This document shows, piece by piece, positions 1-12,228 of a DNA stretch of 64,000 bases (its first letter is position 1; each line of letters starts with the position of its first letter). Under the pieces are notes generated by a model, which did no database searches, was not told where the DNA came from, and worked only from the letters and a program-made list of their open reading frames with translations. The DNA comes from Antedon mediterranea (lineage: Eukaryota; Animalia; Echinodermata), in assembly GCF_964355755.1 (NCBI RefSeq), contig NC_092677.1:18250101-18314100 (forward strand). Direction: 5' to 3'. The translations under genes were made by a program, and so were the position numbers.

Positions 1-357
1 GATGCCAGTGATGTTGGTTCTGGTGCTGTGTTGGCGCAAACAGACGAGAATGGTGTTGACAAGCCTGTGTGTTTCTACTCGAGACAATTCAACCAGCATG
101 AGAAACGTTATTCTACTGTTGAGAAGGAGACATTGGCTTTGATGTCAGCGTTAAAGCACTTTGAAGTGTATCTTGGATCTACTCCGTTTCCAATTGTAGT
201 TTGGACTGACCACAACCCATTAACTTTCTTGGCAAGAATGAAGGACAAGAATTAACGCTTGTTGAGATGGAGTTTAGCAGTTCAAGAAATGAATCTGGAA
301 ATTCATCATATCAGAGGAAAAGACAATTTTGTAGCTGACGCTTTGTCAAGAGTTTAG
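1..357 (+). mobile_element. Ty3/Gypsy RNase H C-terminus at the end of pol (Gmr1-like), with one premature stop
   Basis: Frame 1 reads DASDVGSGAVLAQ...YSTVEKETLAL...WTDHNPL...KN*RLLRWSLAVQE...DNFVADALSRV*. Internal TAA at 253-255, terminal TAG at 355-357. Confidence 0.9.
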
Positions 358-620
358 ATAAAACATGCATGAAATGATTTTAAAAGTTTTGTTGATTTTA
401 AAAGTGTTTATTTAAATATAATATGTTAGTTGTGATAGAGTGATGCATTAATGGCATACACGGATTTAAAGTAATTAGAACTTGTGAAATTTTAAAGAAG
501 CAGTTGAAGTAAATTCATATCAACGACCTGTTAAAATAACTACTGTATAAGGAAAGATTTAAGATGTTATAGTAAACAGTTATAAGTTTAATCATATCAA
601 ACTTTCTTTAAGTGGGGGTG

Positions 621-757
621 TGTGATGGGTTTGTCATACGGAAGTGAGCCCTCTAGAGTAAAAGAGGGGGGGGGGGTGAATAAAGATGGACGACAACTAC
701 AACGTGTTTTGTTATATTCTTATTGTTGGTTTCAGCCTAACGAGCGAGCCCGTAACA
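621..757 (+). mobile_element. Putative short 3' LTR preceded by a polypurine tract
   Basis: PPT-like AAGTGGGGGTG at 610-620, then TGTGATGGG...CCCGTAACA (TG..CA, imperfect inverted ends). AATAAA at 679-684. Confidence 0.6.
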
Positions 758-1612
758 TAAAGCATGTAAAGATATTTAAAGCAACATTATTATTATGTGA
801 CTTAAGCGATGGAATACCTAATACACTGGGAACACTACTTCACCCTAACTGGTCTGGATTTATGCACATATATCATGCGAAAACTGAACAAATCGACGAT
901 AGTTCTTGACGATCATTCTTAATTATCTAAATAACATGTTAACAGTTTATACAACGGTACACTTTGAAAATGTATATCTAGCTGCTCATCTACCAGTCAT
1001 AATAATCAGACTCGGAGGAGTTGATCTTTTCAGAAGCTTTCTGGATTTTATTGGACATAATGGTTGGTTGAGGTTTTGAAAATGTGCATAACTTACTTTA
1101 AAGAGAGCTGTATATTCAAAAGCTCTTAGTGGATGCAGATATGTATTATATAATGATGACACTGATAAGGATGTATCATTTTGTCTCCAGATATAGACAT
1201 ATTATAGAACAATTGATCATGGCCAATATGCCTGAACGACAAATTTCTACAAACCTATAATGCAAGTTCCAGCAGAATGGATATACGCAACGTGTTATAA
1301 TGGTGAACAATCCGTTTTCAGACATGACCACAATAGAGAAAACCCTATGTATCTTGAAATTTGTCCACGGATAACCAACTCATGGTGACGAGTTAGGCTA
1401 TCACGCAACGCTACGTAACATGCACACGTTATTTATTAGGCTTATTCTACAGTAGGCGGCACAAAACGATTGTACAAACAGCTTAGCATCGATCAAAACC
1501 GTTTAACAATCGTCAACAGTTCAGCATTAGAGCATTTAAACCACTCAAGTTTATTTAAATGTTTGAATATGATGAGGTTTTCAGATTAAAATAAAGTGGG
1601 AAGAAAATTGAT

Positions 1613-2424
1613 ACCGTTTACGCGGTATGCTCTCTATTGAATGTGACGAAGTATGTCGATAGAGATAAAAATTCAATTCAGATGGCCATATGATGACGTC
1701 ATAACACACTTAAGATTTAAATTTTACATGAATTCATATCTACAACTCATTACCGTACCTTTTATAATAATTTAAAAAAAATTGGGGTCACCAGCCATCA
1801 TGGACAGCTATAATCGATCGAAAATAGGCATATTTTTATAAAAATTTGCATATACAGTAATTACCCATTTTCAAGCACACGATTTTTAAAGTTTGACGTG
1901 CATTTGTGTCATTTATTTTACATTCATAATTCATTAAAAACTGAAAGGAACTTATCACGAAAGGTATACAGAACAACAATCAAGTGCAAAAACGGTCTGT
2001 CTAAGTTGCGTGAGAGCTAAGTACGTAAAAGCGCGTTCGCGACGTGACATTTTGTGAAAAATGTGAAATGCTTAAAATACGCTGAAGCGTGTAGAAAGTT
2101 GAGCATTTTTACCTTTCAAAGCGCGCGTACCAATGTTCAAAATGTGCTGATGATACAGAAAGATGACCCTTAACATGAAGCACCCAAAGTTTCATTATAA
2201 AAGGGCTGTTAGTTTTGAATTTGTAGTCAATTTAAGAACTTCAAAAATTAGCTACGCGACAATATTTTCATTAAACCAAAGTTTGTTGCACATCTACGTA
2301 TACACGTGCATCTGCTGACCAAGTTACAACATAACTGCTATCGCCGTTTTCGAGATCTGCGACGAACACAAAATGAGCAGAAAAAATGAAATAGGCTCTC
2401 GCTCTACAGAGAGCGATTGTCTTA
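1613..2424. mobile_element. Probable Helentron-type non-autonomous element (second copy ~8531-9330)
   Basis: Terminal hairpin TCGCTCT-ACAG-AGAGCGA. CG-rich core resembles the HINE core at 7440-7520. Boundaries approximate. Confidence 0.4.
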
Positions 2425-2770
2425 AACAAAAACTCGTTACAATAACAAGGGGTTATCCGCCAAGTGCGGATTATATAGTTAATTTTTGTTTTTATATACA
2501 TTTAAAAAAAGGAAATGTTTATTGTTACTAAGTTTTAGAATTTTATTTTGGATAGCCATAATACAATTAATACTAATTTCTTTGTCAAAGTTACAACACA
2601 TTCCCAGAGCACACAATCTATAACAAGTGACGATTCTAAATGTTGCCTTACATAATAAATTGTACGCACAGATATCTTCCAAAACCAACGAAACATTTCA
2701 CTTTATATTCCCTTTAGTAAGTTCCACTGAACCTTAAAATTAGGTAAACCTACACATATCACATATCATA

Positions 2771-3346
2771 TACCCCTTTCACACCAAAACTCCGGAGTGT
2801 CTCCGGAGACACCCCGGGGTTTATGACCATTCAAAACGTCGAGAAACTCCGGAGATACTCCTTTCACACCAACGTAGCAACTCCGGGGTTTATAAAATAA
2901 AATTGTAAATGTCGCCCTCTATTTTGTTTGTTTACATAGCGACGATCATTAGAATCATTTTAATTAATAATATGTTTAATTTAATAATTACTTTCAAAAG
3001 TCTCAGAAGTAATATAATGTTTTATTGATACTACTTATTATTTTTTAACCTGCTATATATGTTGTACAAATATTTAAAGTATTTTGAAATAAAACTAAAG
3101 CAATGAGTGATCGTGTGAGGATGACCTTTTGACCCGAAACACTCCGGAGTTTGATGTTGGTACCTTTCACACCAAAACACCGGGGTGTCCCCGCAGTTCG
3201 CTCTCCGGAGAATGTTCAGCTGTTCAACCCCGCAGTTTTAAACTCCGGAGTTGCTTGATTTTACCTTTCACACCAAACAGCGGGACGTCAACTCCGGGGT
3301 GTCTCCGGAGTGTCTCCGGAGTTTTGCTTTTGGTGTGAAAGGGGTA
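2771..3346. mobile_element. PIF/Harbinger-like MITE
   Basis: TIRs TACCCCTTTCACACCAAAA / TTTTGGTGTGAAAGGGGTA, 3-bp flanks ATA/TTA, many CTCCGGAG and CCCCGGGG palindromes. Empty site in the duplicate at ~9684. Confidence 0.85.
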
Positions 3347-3403
3347 TTATACCTATAAAATTTCATAATTTCCAATTATAAAATTATAAGAAAAAACACT
3401 TAC

Positions 3404-3475
3404 AGTAGTTGCAAAGATTTTAAACCACCAAATACATTTTCAGGCAATGATTTTAAGTCGTTGTTGTGTAAATAC
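3404..3475 (-). CDS. LRR exon 8 (last found in window) of CUB-LRR gene: YLHNNDLKSLPENVFGGLKSLQLL
   Basis: 72 nt, acceptor ..TTAAAG, donor GTAAGT, phase 2/2, LRR consensus. Confidence 0.85.
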
Positions 3476-3726
3476 CTTTAACGAAAAAGCATACAACAGT
3501 TAAAATAAATACAGGAGCTGTTGAGGGAGGTTTTCATTTTTCATTTCATTTTTCATTTCATTTTTATTTATTTACTTGGTCAATACACATTAAAATAATA
3601 CAGAACAGAAACAAAGCAAACAATTACTATAACTCAAAGAGTCAGTTGCCCCTAAAAACATCCAGATACAAAAAATATTGCACCAAAAAAAAAACCAATT
3701 ATACAAGCTTATTAAAAGTCTCTTTA

Positions 3727-4030
3727 TCTATATATAAATTATGGTTAATTCTGACATAGGCGAGCACAATGCAAAAACTTCGGTACAAATCTCCGCCTTG
3801 GATACCTACCTTATCTATCTTAGATGTACCGCGAAACGTAGATTTGATAACATTAATTTTCAAATCGACGCCATTGTTCAACTTTTGTCTTTTACAACGA
3901 CAAAATTTAGTGTTTACCTATCGAAAATTGTGTCACATGGTTATTTTCACACACTCGCGCTGTTGTTCAAGTGGCTTCCGGCTACGTCACTTCCGGCAAA
4001 ATGGCCGTTGGTGGCGCCTTTCAATATTAA
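3727..4030 (+). mobile_element. Helitron-like 5' end (3' end not found)
   Basis: Starts A|TCTATATATAAA like the Helitrons at 28820 and 57589. The duplicate copy reads TCTTTA|T at this site (~10046). End coordinate approximate. Confidence 0.5.
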
Positions 4031-4609
4031 ATAAAAAAATATTTTAGTGGTTCAAGGTATCGTGAACTACTGAAATTAATTTGTTTTAGATATTCAACTA
4101 ATCAATTATATTGATTAAAGGCATTTACTTTATTTTTTAGTAATTCAACTTTTATTGAAGGCTTTTACTTTTATGTGTACTACAATGTGATTTTAGTGAT
4201 TCAACTGAATCGTGAACTACAATTTATTTGTTTTAGATATTCAAATATTAATTATAAAGGCCTTTACTTTACGTGAAATACAATTTGTTTTAGTAATTTT
4301 ACTAATTATTATTATTGCATTAATACCAATTGTTGTAATACCAATTGTTGAAAGTTTTTACATCATTACAGGGAGAATTAATGTACATTTTGTTTACAAA
4401 TAAATAAATCTATTGAGTAACTTTTCCCCTTTACGTTCCTAACCACCGATTGCTGTCAAGTGTCCATACATCATTACTGACAGGGGACGTAATCAATCAT
4501 AATTGGCATACATTTCGCATCTTACCAAACTTATTTTCAGTACAGGTTCAAATCTCACACACACAAGACCGAATATAATAATTAGCCTATATTGTTCTCT
4601 ATTCGTACA

Positions 4610-5369
4610 TTTTTAGTCACGTGGAAGCGACTCTATAGTTCACTATGTCGGTCGGTCGGTCTGTCTGTCGGTCTGTCTGTCGGTCTGTCTGTCTGTCTGT
4701 CGGTCCGGTATCACTATGCGTTTTATCGCTTTATGACCTTATCTTGATATCAGTTTAATCTAGCTAAGTCAATTTTTCACAGAATATTCCTTGTGGCCAG
4801 GAATCGATGTGGTTATGTTTTCACGGTGCGCAATAAAAAATTACGCGGTCTACGCACGATTTAACGAAATCACGTTTGTAATCATATCTTAACAACCATT
4901 AATCACAATTAAATAAAATTTGGTACTCATAAATTTCAGGGCATAAATCATCATATGGCAATACAATTACGTGCGTAGCGCATGTAACGCATGCGTACGC
5001 GCGCTTAAAATTTTCAAAATTTATTTTCGATGAAATAAGAGTACGTTTTAGGCAATTTTAAGCGTTTACAAAATTGCCATGAGTGCGCAGATTTTTGCGC
5101 GCGCACTGCGCGTTAAATGTTATTGCGCACTCTTTTTGCCCGATTTCTGTTTTCTTTTCGTGACAGGCTACGCACGTGTAAATTAAAAAAATATAAATGT
5201 TTTTAAACATTTCAACATTTTTAAACATGTTCAGTAATTTCGGTCAGTATAGTTCACTATGTCGGTCGGTCCGTCTGTCTGTCGGTCTGTCTGTCTGTCG
5301 GTCTGTTTGTCTGTCGGTCCGGTATCACTAGGCATTGTAGCACGCGACTTAATGGCTGTTGGCCTTGTT
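4610..5369 (-). mobile_element. Helentron-associated non-autonomous element (HINE/DINE-1-like), family A, long copy
   Basis: Terminal stem-loop, (GTCT/GTCG)n microsatellites, ends ..GGCTGTTGGCCTTGTT. Inverted copy of 22657-23437. Confidence 0.75.
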
Positions 5370-6138
5370 TAAACTCTAATTTGCTATAATACCATGGAAG
5401 CGATATTTTTGGCGTACCTAATTTATGGACCACCATGAAACATCACAAAATAAATATACATTACTCATCAGTCATATGCATAGGTGTCACACGGTCTTCA
5501 ATTTCCAGAGGCGTTGGTCATGTTTTCGAGGACCAAACAATTAATAGATTAATAATCGGAAACAGCATCTCTTTTAGTGAGATAATGTCGGACTTTACAA
5601 AAAAGCATGTTAAAAGACCTCAACTGTTGAATTTCTTACATTATCAGGGAGAATAGCCCAAACACGTGGAAATAAATTCACAGGAGGCTGTGGTGCGGGC
5701 AAATTGGTGTCTAAACAAAAGTGAGTCGTAATGCTTTGCATTGACCAAGACACCTTCGACGATACATGGAGAGTTAGTTATACCATATGGACATTTAACA
5801 ATAAAATAAGCATGTAATCACGCCGAAAGTTCAGAAGTTAATAGTCCAAGCCGTCTTAAAAAAAATTAAAATCGATTTTTTCCTAAGTACCACAAACCAC
5901 AGAATTGATCGCGTTGCAACTGAAAATTTTCTTCGACGTTAATCGGTTATCTGGTATTCGCTTTTTGAAAATAACCTCATCCATACTCACAACGCAGTTC
6001 AAGTTATGGAAGGCCGATGAGAATGGGTTGGTTTACATCCTCTCGCTGCATAAAACTCTCACATGCAGGATTGAAAATTAAAAATTTAACTCTTATATGT
6101 AAAACTATATTATTTGTAAATTCTACCCAACCCCCAAA

Positions 6139-7930
6139 TTTGTGAAGGAGACAATCTATAATCATTTAGAAACTTGTAACTTGCTTAAAGAACAACAGCA
6201 TGGCTTCCGTTCAGGTAAGTCATGTGTTACTCAGTTAATTGAAGTTCTAGATTTGTGGACATCATGATTGGATAAAGCTTTTTCATTTGATTGCATTTAT
6301 TTCGATTTTCAGAAGGCGTTTGACAAAGTTCCGAATGGAAGATTGTTGTTAAAATTAAAGTCTTACGGAGTTTCTGGAAATTTTTTAGGATGTATCAAAG
6401 CTTTTTTGAGTGATCGTAAGCAGATAGGGTGGTTGTCAATGGGAAAAAGTCTGAATGGCGTGATGTAATTAGTTGGGTGCCCCAAGGCAGTGTCCTGGGA
6501 CCATTATTATTTGTTATATTTATAAATGATCTTCCAGATGTTATTTCTCATTCTGATGTCAAGCTTTTTGCTGACGATACAAAAATCCAATCTGATTTTG
6601 ATAGTGCCTTGCTTCAATGTGATGTGGATGCAAATGTATAGATGGTCTACAGACTGGCAGTTGCCATTTAATTTAACAAAATGCAAAGTAATCCATTTTG
6701 GATATAGAAATGGTATGTCTCAGTACTTTATTGGAGAGGGTCCTTTCAAAGTGAGTATTGAGAGTGTAACACAAGAAACCGATTTGGGGATTTTACTAGA
6801 TCATATATTGAATGTTTCGGCTCATACTACCAAAAGTTGCTAGATCTGCAAATATGATGCTGGGGATGATATGTAGGTCTTTTAAATATAGTTACATGTA
6901 TTTGTATAAATCTTTGGTTAGACCCAAGATGGAATTAGACCCAAGATGGAATACGGAGGTAGCTATGGATCCCACTCCATCAAAAAGATAAAGACAGACT
7001 AGAGAAAGTTCAAAAGCTTTGGACCTGCCTACTTTAGTATTTAGAAAGAAAAGGGCGGATATATTACAAACATTTAAAAATTGTTAATAAGTAGGAGAAA
7101 ATAAATGATGAGAAGCTCTTTTTAACAAGGCCAACCGCCCTTAAGTCGCGTGCTACAATGCATAGTGATACCGGACCGACAGACAGACCGACAGACAGAC
7201 CGACCGACATAGTGAACTATAGAGTCGCGTCCACGCGACTAAAAGAGCATAATTTTGACGAATTTTTTAACTTTTTCATCAAAAACGTGCGCAAATTATC
7301 CAATTCGACGTGCTCGTATGACCTAATTTTAAGTCGAAATTGTTTAAAAGTTGGTAAAATTATTATAAAAGGCTGCAAAAACATAAATTACGCGAAAAAA
7401 GTATGTATTTAACGCTACGTGCGCATCGCCCGCCTAAACATTTGCGCGCGTATGGGAATTTTGGACATGCTCAAAATGACAAGAAACGCGTAGAAAGTTG
7501 ATTAAAAATTAATTTTGCGCATTTTTAAATTTTAAATACGCGTGCGCGCGTAACTTTTCAACAGAAAGTTAGCGCCTGATATAAATTAAACTTTTGCAAA
7601 GTTTCAATTTAAAATGTTTAATGTTTAACGAGAAAATCGTTAAATCGCGCGTAAATCACGTTGCGCAACTCTAACGTCATTCACAATAGGAGGTGCACAA
7701 TTTCACGTAAATGCCCACATGTTGACATCAAAACAGTTAAAAAAGTACAGAAAAGCGATAAAACGCATAGTGATACCGGACCGACAGACAGACCGACAGA
7801 CCGACAGACCGACCGACATAGTGAACTATAGAGTCGCGTCCACGCGACTAAAAATATAATATAAACAAACTAGAGGACACAGTATCAAAGTCTCTAAACC
7901 CAAGATAAAATTAAACGTTAGAAAGAGTGC
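6139..7930 (+). mobile_element. Decayed CR1-clade LINE RT/3' fragment, split by a HINE at 7124-7853
   Basis: YFDFQKAFDKV, VPQGSVLGPLLF, KLFADDTK. Frameshifts present. Confidence 0.9.
7124..7853 (+). mobile_element. HINE family A
   Basis: ACAAGGCCAAC...(GACA/GACC)n...AGTCGCGTCCACGCGACTAAAAA. Absent from the duplicate at ~12045. Confidence 0.8.
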
Positions 7931-9739
7931 ATATATATATATAGCTTTCTGGATTTTATTGGACATAATGGTTGGTTGAGGTTTTTTGAAAGTGTGCATA
8001 ACTTACTTTAAAGAGAGCTGCATATTCAAAAGCTCTTAGTGGATGCAGCTACGTATTATATAATGATGACACTGATAAGGATGTATCATTTTGTCTCCAG
8101 ATATAGACATATTATAGAACAATTGATCATGGCCAATATGCCTGAACGACAAATTTCTACAAACCTATAATGCAAGAAATTCCAGCAGAATGGATATACA
8201 CAACGTGTTATAATGGTGAACAATCTGTTTTCAGACATGACCACAATAGAGAAAACCCTATGTATCTTGAAATTTGTCCACGGATAACCAACTCATGGTG
8301 AAAAGTTAGGCTATCGCGCAACGCTACGTAACATGCACACGTTATTTATTAGGCTTATTCTACAGTAGGCGGCACAAAACGATTGTACAAACAGCTTAGC
8401 ATCGATCAAAACCGTTTAACAATAGTCAACAGTTCAGCATTAGACAGTATTGTATTGTATTTTAAACCACTCAAGTTTATTTAAATGTTTGAATATGATG
8501 AGCTTTTCAGATTAAAACAAAGTTGGAAGAAACTTGACGCGATATGCTCTCTATTGAATGTGACGAACTATGTCGATAGAGATAAAAATTAAATTCAGAT
8601 GGCCATATGATGACGTCATAACACACTTAAGATTTACATTTTACATGAATTTATATCTACAACTCATTACCTTTTATAATAAATTTTGAAAAATTGGGGT
8701 CACCTGCCATCGCGGACAGCTATAATCGATCGAAAATAGGCATATTTTTATAAAAATTTGCATATAATTACCCATTTTCAAGCACACGATTTTTAAAGTT
8801 TGACGTGCATTTGTGTCATTTATTTTACATTCATAATTCATAAAAAAAATGAAAGGACCTTATCACGAAAGGTATACAGAACAACAATCAAGTACAAAAA
8901 CGGTCTGTCTAAGTTGCGTGAGAGCTAAGTACGTAAAAGCGCGTGCGCGACGTGACATTTTGTGAAAAATGTGAAATGCTTAAAATGCGCTGAAGCGTGT
9001 AGAAAGTTGAGCATTTTTACCTTTCAAAGCGCGCGTACCAATGTTCAAAATAAGCTGATGATACAGAAAGATGATTAACATGAAGCATCCAAAGTTTCAT
9101 TATAAAAGGACTGTTAATTTTGAATTTATACTCAATTTAAGAACTTCAAAAAATAGCTAAGCAACAATATTTTCATTAAACCAAAGTTTGTTGCACATCT
9201 ACGTATACACGTGCATCTGCTGACCAAGTTACAACATAACTGCTATCGCCGTTTTCAAGATCTGCGACGAACACAAAATGAGCAGAAAAAATGAAATAGG
9301 CTCTCGCTCTACAGAGAGCGATTGTCTTAAACCAAAACTCGTTAAAATAACAAGGGGCCCGTTATCCGCCAAGTGCGGATTATATAGTTAATTTTTGTTT
9401 TTATATGCATTTAAAAAAAGGAAATGTTTATTGTTACTAAGTTTTAGAATTTTATTTTGGATAGCCATAATATAATTAATACTAATTTCTTAGTCAAAGT
9501 TACAACACATTCCCAGAGCACACAATCTATAACAATAACAAGTGACGATTCTAAATGTTGCCTTACATAATAAACTGTACGCACAGGTATCTTCCAAAAC
9601 CAACGAAACATTTCACTTTATACTTCCTTTAGTAAGTTCCACTGAACCTTAAAATTAGGTAAACCTACACATATCACATATCATATACCTATATAATTTC
9701 ATAATTTCCAATTATAAAATTATAAGAAAAAACACTTAC

Positions 9740-9811
9740 AGTAGTTGCAAAGATTTTAAACCACCAAATACATTTGCAGGCAATGATTTTAAGTCGTTGT
9801 TGTGTAAATAC
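9740..9811 (-). CDS. LRR exon 7: YLHNNDLKSLPANVFGGLKSLQLL
   Basis: 72 nt, AG / GTAAGT, phase 2/2. Differs by 1 nt from 3404-3475. Confidence 0.85.
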
Positions 9812-10699
9812 CTTTAACGAAAAAGCATACAGCAGTTAAAATAAATACAGGAGCTGTTGAGGGAGGATTTCATTTTTCATTTCATTTTTATTTATTTACT
9901 TGGTCAATACACATAAAAATAATACAGAACAGAAACAAAGCAAACACTTACTATAACTCAAAGAGTCAGTTGCCCCTAAAAACATCCAGATACAAAAAAT
10001 ATTGCACCAAATAAAACAATTGTACAAGCTTATTAAAAGTCTCTTTATTCTAAAAATTAGTATAGGGGATCGGTACATAAATATACAAAATTAATAGATT
10101 AATAATTGGAAACAGCATCTCTTTTAGTGAGATAATGTCGGACTTTACAAAAAAGCATGTTAAAAGACCTCAACTGTTGAATTTCTTACATTATCAGGGA
10201 GAACAGCCCAAACACGTGGAAATAAATTCACAGGAGGCTGTGGTGCGGGCAAATTGGTGTCTAAACAAAAGTGAGTCGTAATGCTTTGCATTGACCAAGA
10301 CACCTTCAACGATACATGGAGAGTTAGTTATACCATATGGACATTTAACAATAAAATAACCATGTAATCACGCCGAAAGTTCAGAAGTTAATAGTCCAAG
10401 CCGTCTTTAAAAAAAATTAAAATCGATTTTTTCCTAAGTACCACAAACCACAGAATTGATCGGGTTGCAACTGAAAATTTTCTTCGACGTTAATCGGTTT
10501 TCTGGTATTCGCTTTTTGAAAATCACCTCATCCATACTCACAACGCAGTTCAAGTTATGGAAGGCCGATGAGAATGGGTTTGTTTACATTTTCTCGCTGC
10601 ATAAAACTCTCACATGCATGATTGAAAATTAAAAATTGAACTCTTATGTAAAACTATTTTATTTGTAAATTCCCAATAATAAAAAAAAAATACCCAACC

Positions 10700-12124
10700 C
10701 CAACATTTTGATTCAGACGAACGCAAGACAGATAATAGAGTCGATTCAGTTTTCTTTGAGATGGAAGAAGTTGTGAAGCATTTGAACGGCTTAGATGTAA
10801 GTAAATCTCCTGGCCCTGATATGATAAATTCAAGAGTACTTAAGGAAACTGCTTATTGGGGGAGTAATTACTTTATTATTTAACAAATTAATGACTGTAG
10901 GAGAAGTCCCTGACTTATAGAAGAGAGCTGAAGTAGTATCTCTGTTTAAAAAGGGTAATAAAAGTGAACCTTTAAATTATAGACCTGTAAGCCTAACTTC
11001 CATACTATGCAAAACCATGGAGAAATTTGTGAAGGATAAAATCTATAATCATTTAGAAACTTTTAACTTGCTTAAAGAACAACATGGCTTCGTTTTGGTA
11101 AGTCATGTGTTACTCAGTTAATTGAAGTTATAGATTTGTGGACATCAGGGTTGGATAAAGTTCTTTCATTTGATTGCATTTATTTCGATTTTCAGAAGGC
11201 GTTTGATAAAGTTCAGCATAGAAGATTGTTGTTAAAATTAAAGTCTTACGGAGTTTCTGGAAATGTATTAGGATGGATCAAAGCTTTTTTGAGTGATCGT
11301 AAGCAGAGGGTGGTTGTCAATGGGAAAAAGTCTGAATGGCCTGATGTAATTAGTTGGGTGCCCCAAGGCAGTGTCCTGGGACCATTATTATTTGTTATAT
11401 TTATAAATGATCTTCCAGATGTTATTTCTCATTCTGATGTCAAGCTTTTTGCTGACGATACAAAAATCCAATCTGATTTTGACAGTGCCTTGCTTCAATG
11501 TGATGTGGATGCAAATGTATAGATGGTCTACAGACTGGCAGTTGCTATTTAATTTAAAAAAATGCAAAGTAATCCATTTTGGATATAGAAATGGTATGTC
11601 TCAGTACTTTATTGGAGAGGGTCCTTTCAAAGTGCGTATTGAGAGTGTAACACAAGCAACCGATTTGGGGATTTTAATAGATCATATATTGAATGTTTCG
11701 GCTCATACTACCAAAAGTTGCTAGATCTGCAAATATGATGCTGGGGATGATATGTAGGTCTTTTAGCTCTAGTTACATGTATTTGTATAAATCTTTGGTT
11801 AGACACAAGATGGAATACGGAGGTAGCTTATGGATCCCACTCTATCAAAAAGATAAAGACAGACTAGAGAAAGTACAACAGCGATCAACAAGGCTGGTGT
11901 GCGAATTAAGATACAAATCATACGAAGAGAGGTTGAAGGCTTTGGACCTGTCTACTTTAGTATTTAGAAAGAAAAGGGCTGATATATTACAAACATTTAC
12001 AATTGTTTAATAAGTATGAGAAAATAAATGATGAGAAGCTCTTTTAAAAAATATAATTATAAACAAACTAGAGGACACAGTTTCAAAGTCTCTAAACCCA
12101 AGATAAAATTAAACGTTATAAAGA

Positions 12125-12130
<6 letters not shown>
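10700..12130 (+). mobile_element. Decayed CR1-clade LINE RT/3' fragment
   Basis: KSPGPD, NYRPVSLTS, KAFDKV, PQGSVLGP, FADD, LEKVQQRSTRLV. Shares a frameshift with the copy at 6139. Confidence 0.9.
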
Positions 12131-12174
<44 letters not shown>

Positions 12175-12188
12175 TAAATATATATATA

Positions 12189-12225
<37 letters not shown>
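12130..12225. repeat. (TA)n microsatellite
   Basis: Directly visible. Confidence 0.95.

Positions 12226-12228
<3 letters not shown>

Larger units (their letters stand above)
1035..7940. repeat. Tandem segmental duplication, copy 1
   Basis: Near-identical to 7942-12130 from AGCTTTCTGGATTTTATTGG to the end of the CR1 fragment. Differs by TE insertions and one deletion. Confidence 0.9.
7942..12130. repeat. Tandem segmental duplication, copy 2
   Basis: Same order of blocks as copy 1, including one LRR exon and a CR1 fragment. Junction lies at a (TA)n tract. Confidence 0.9.

Noticed and set aside
2479-2732. Possible degenerate LRR/hinge exon (VQWNLLKGI*SEMF; MCCNFDKEISINC)
   Set aside because: Stops occur in both duplicate copies and the phase is wrong. 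Similarity is too weak to call.
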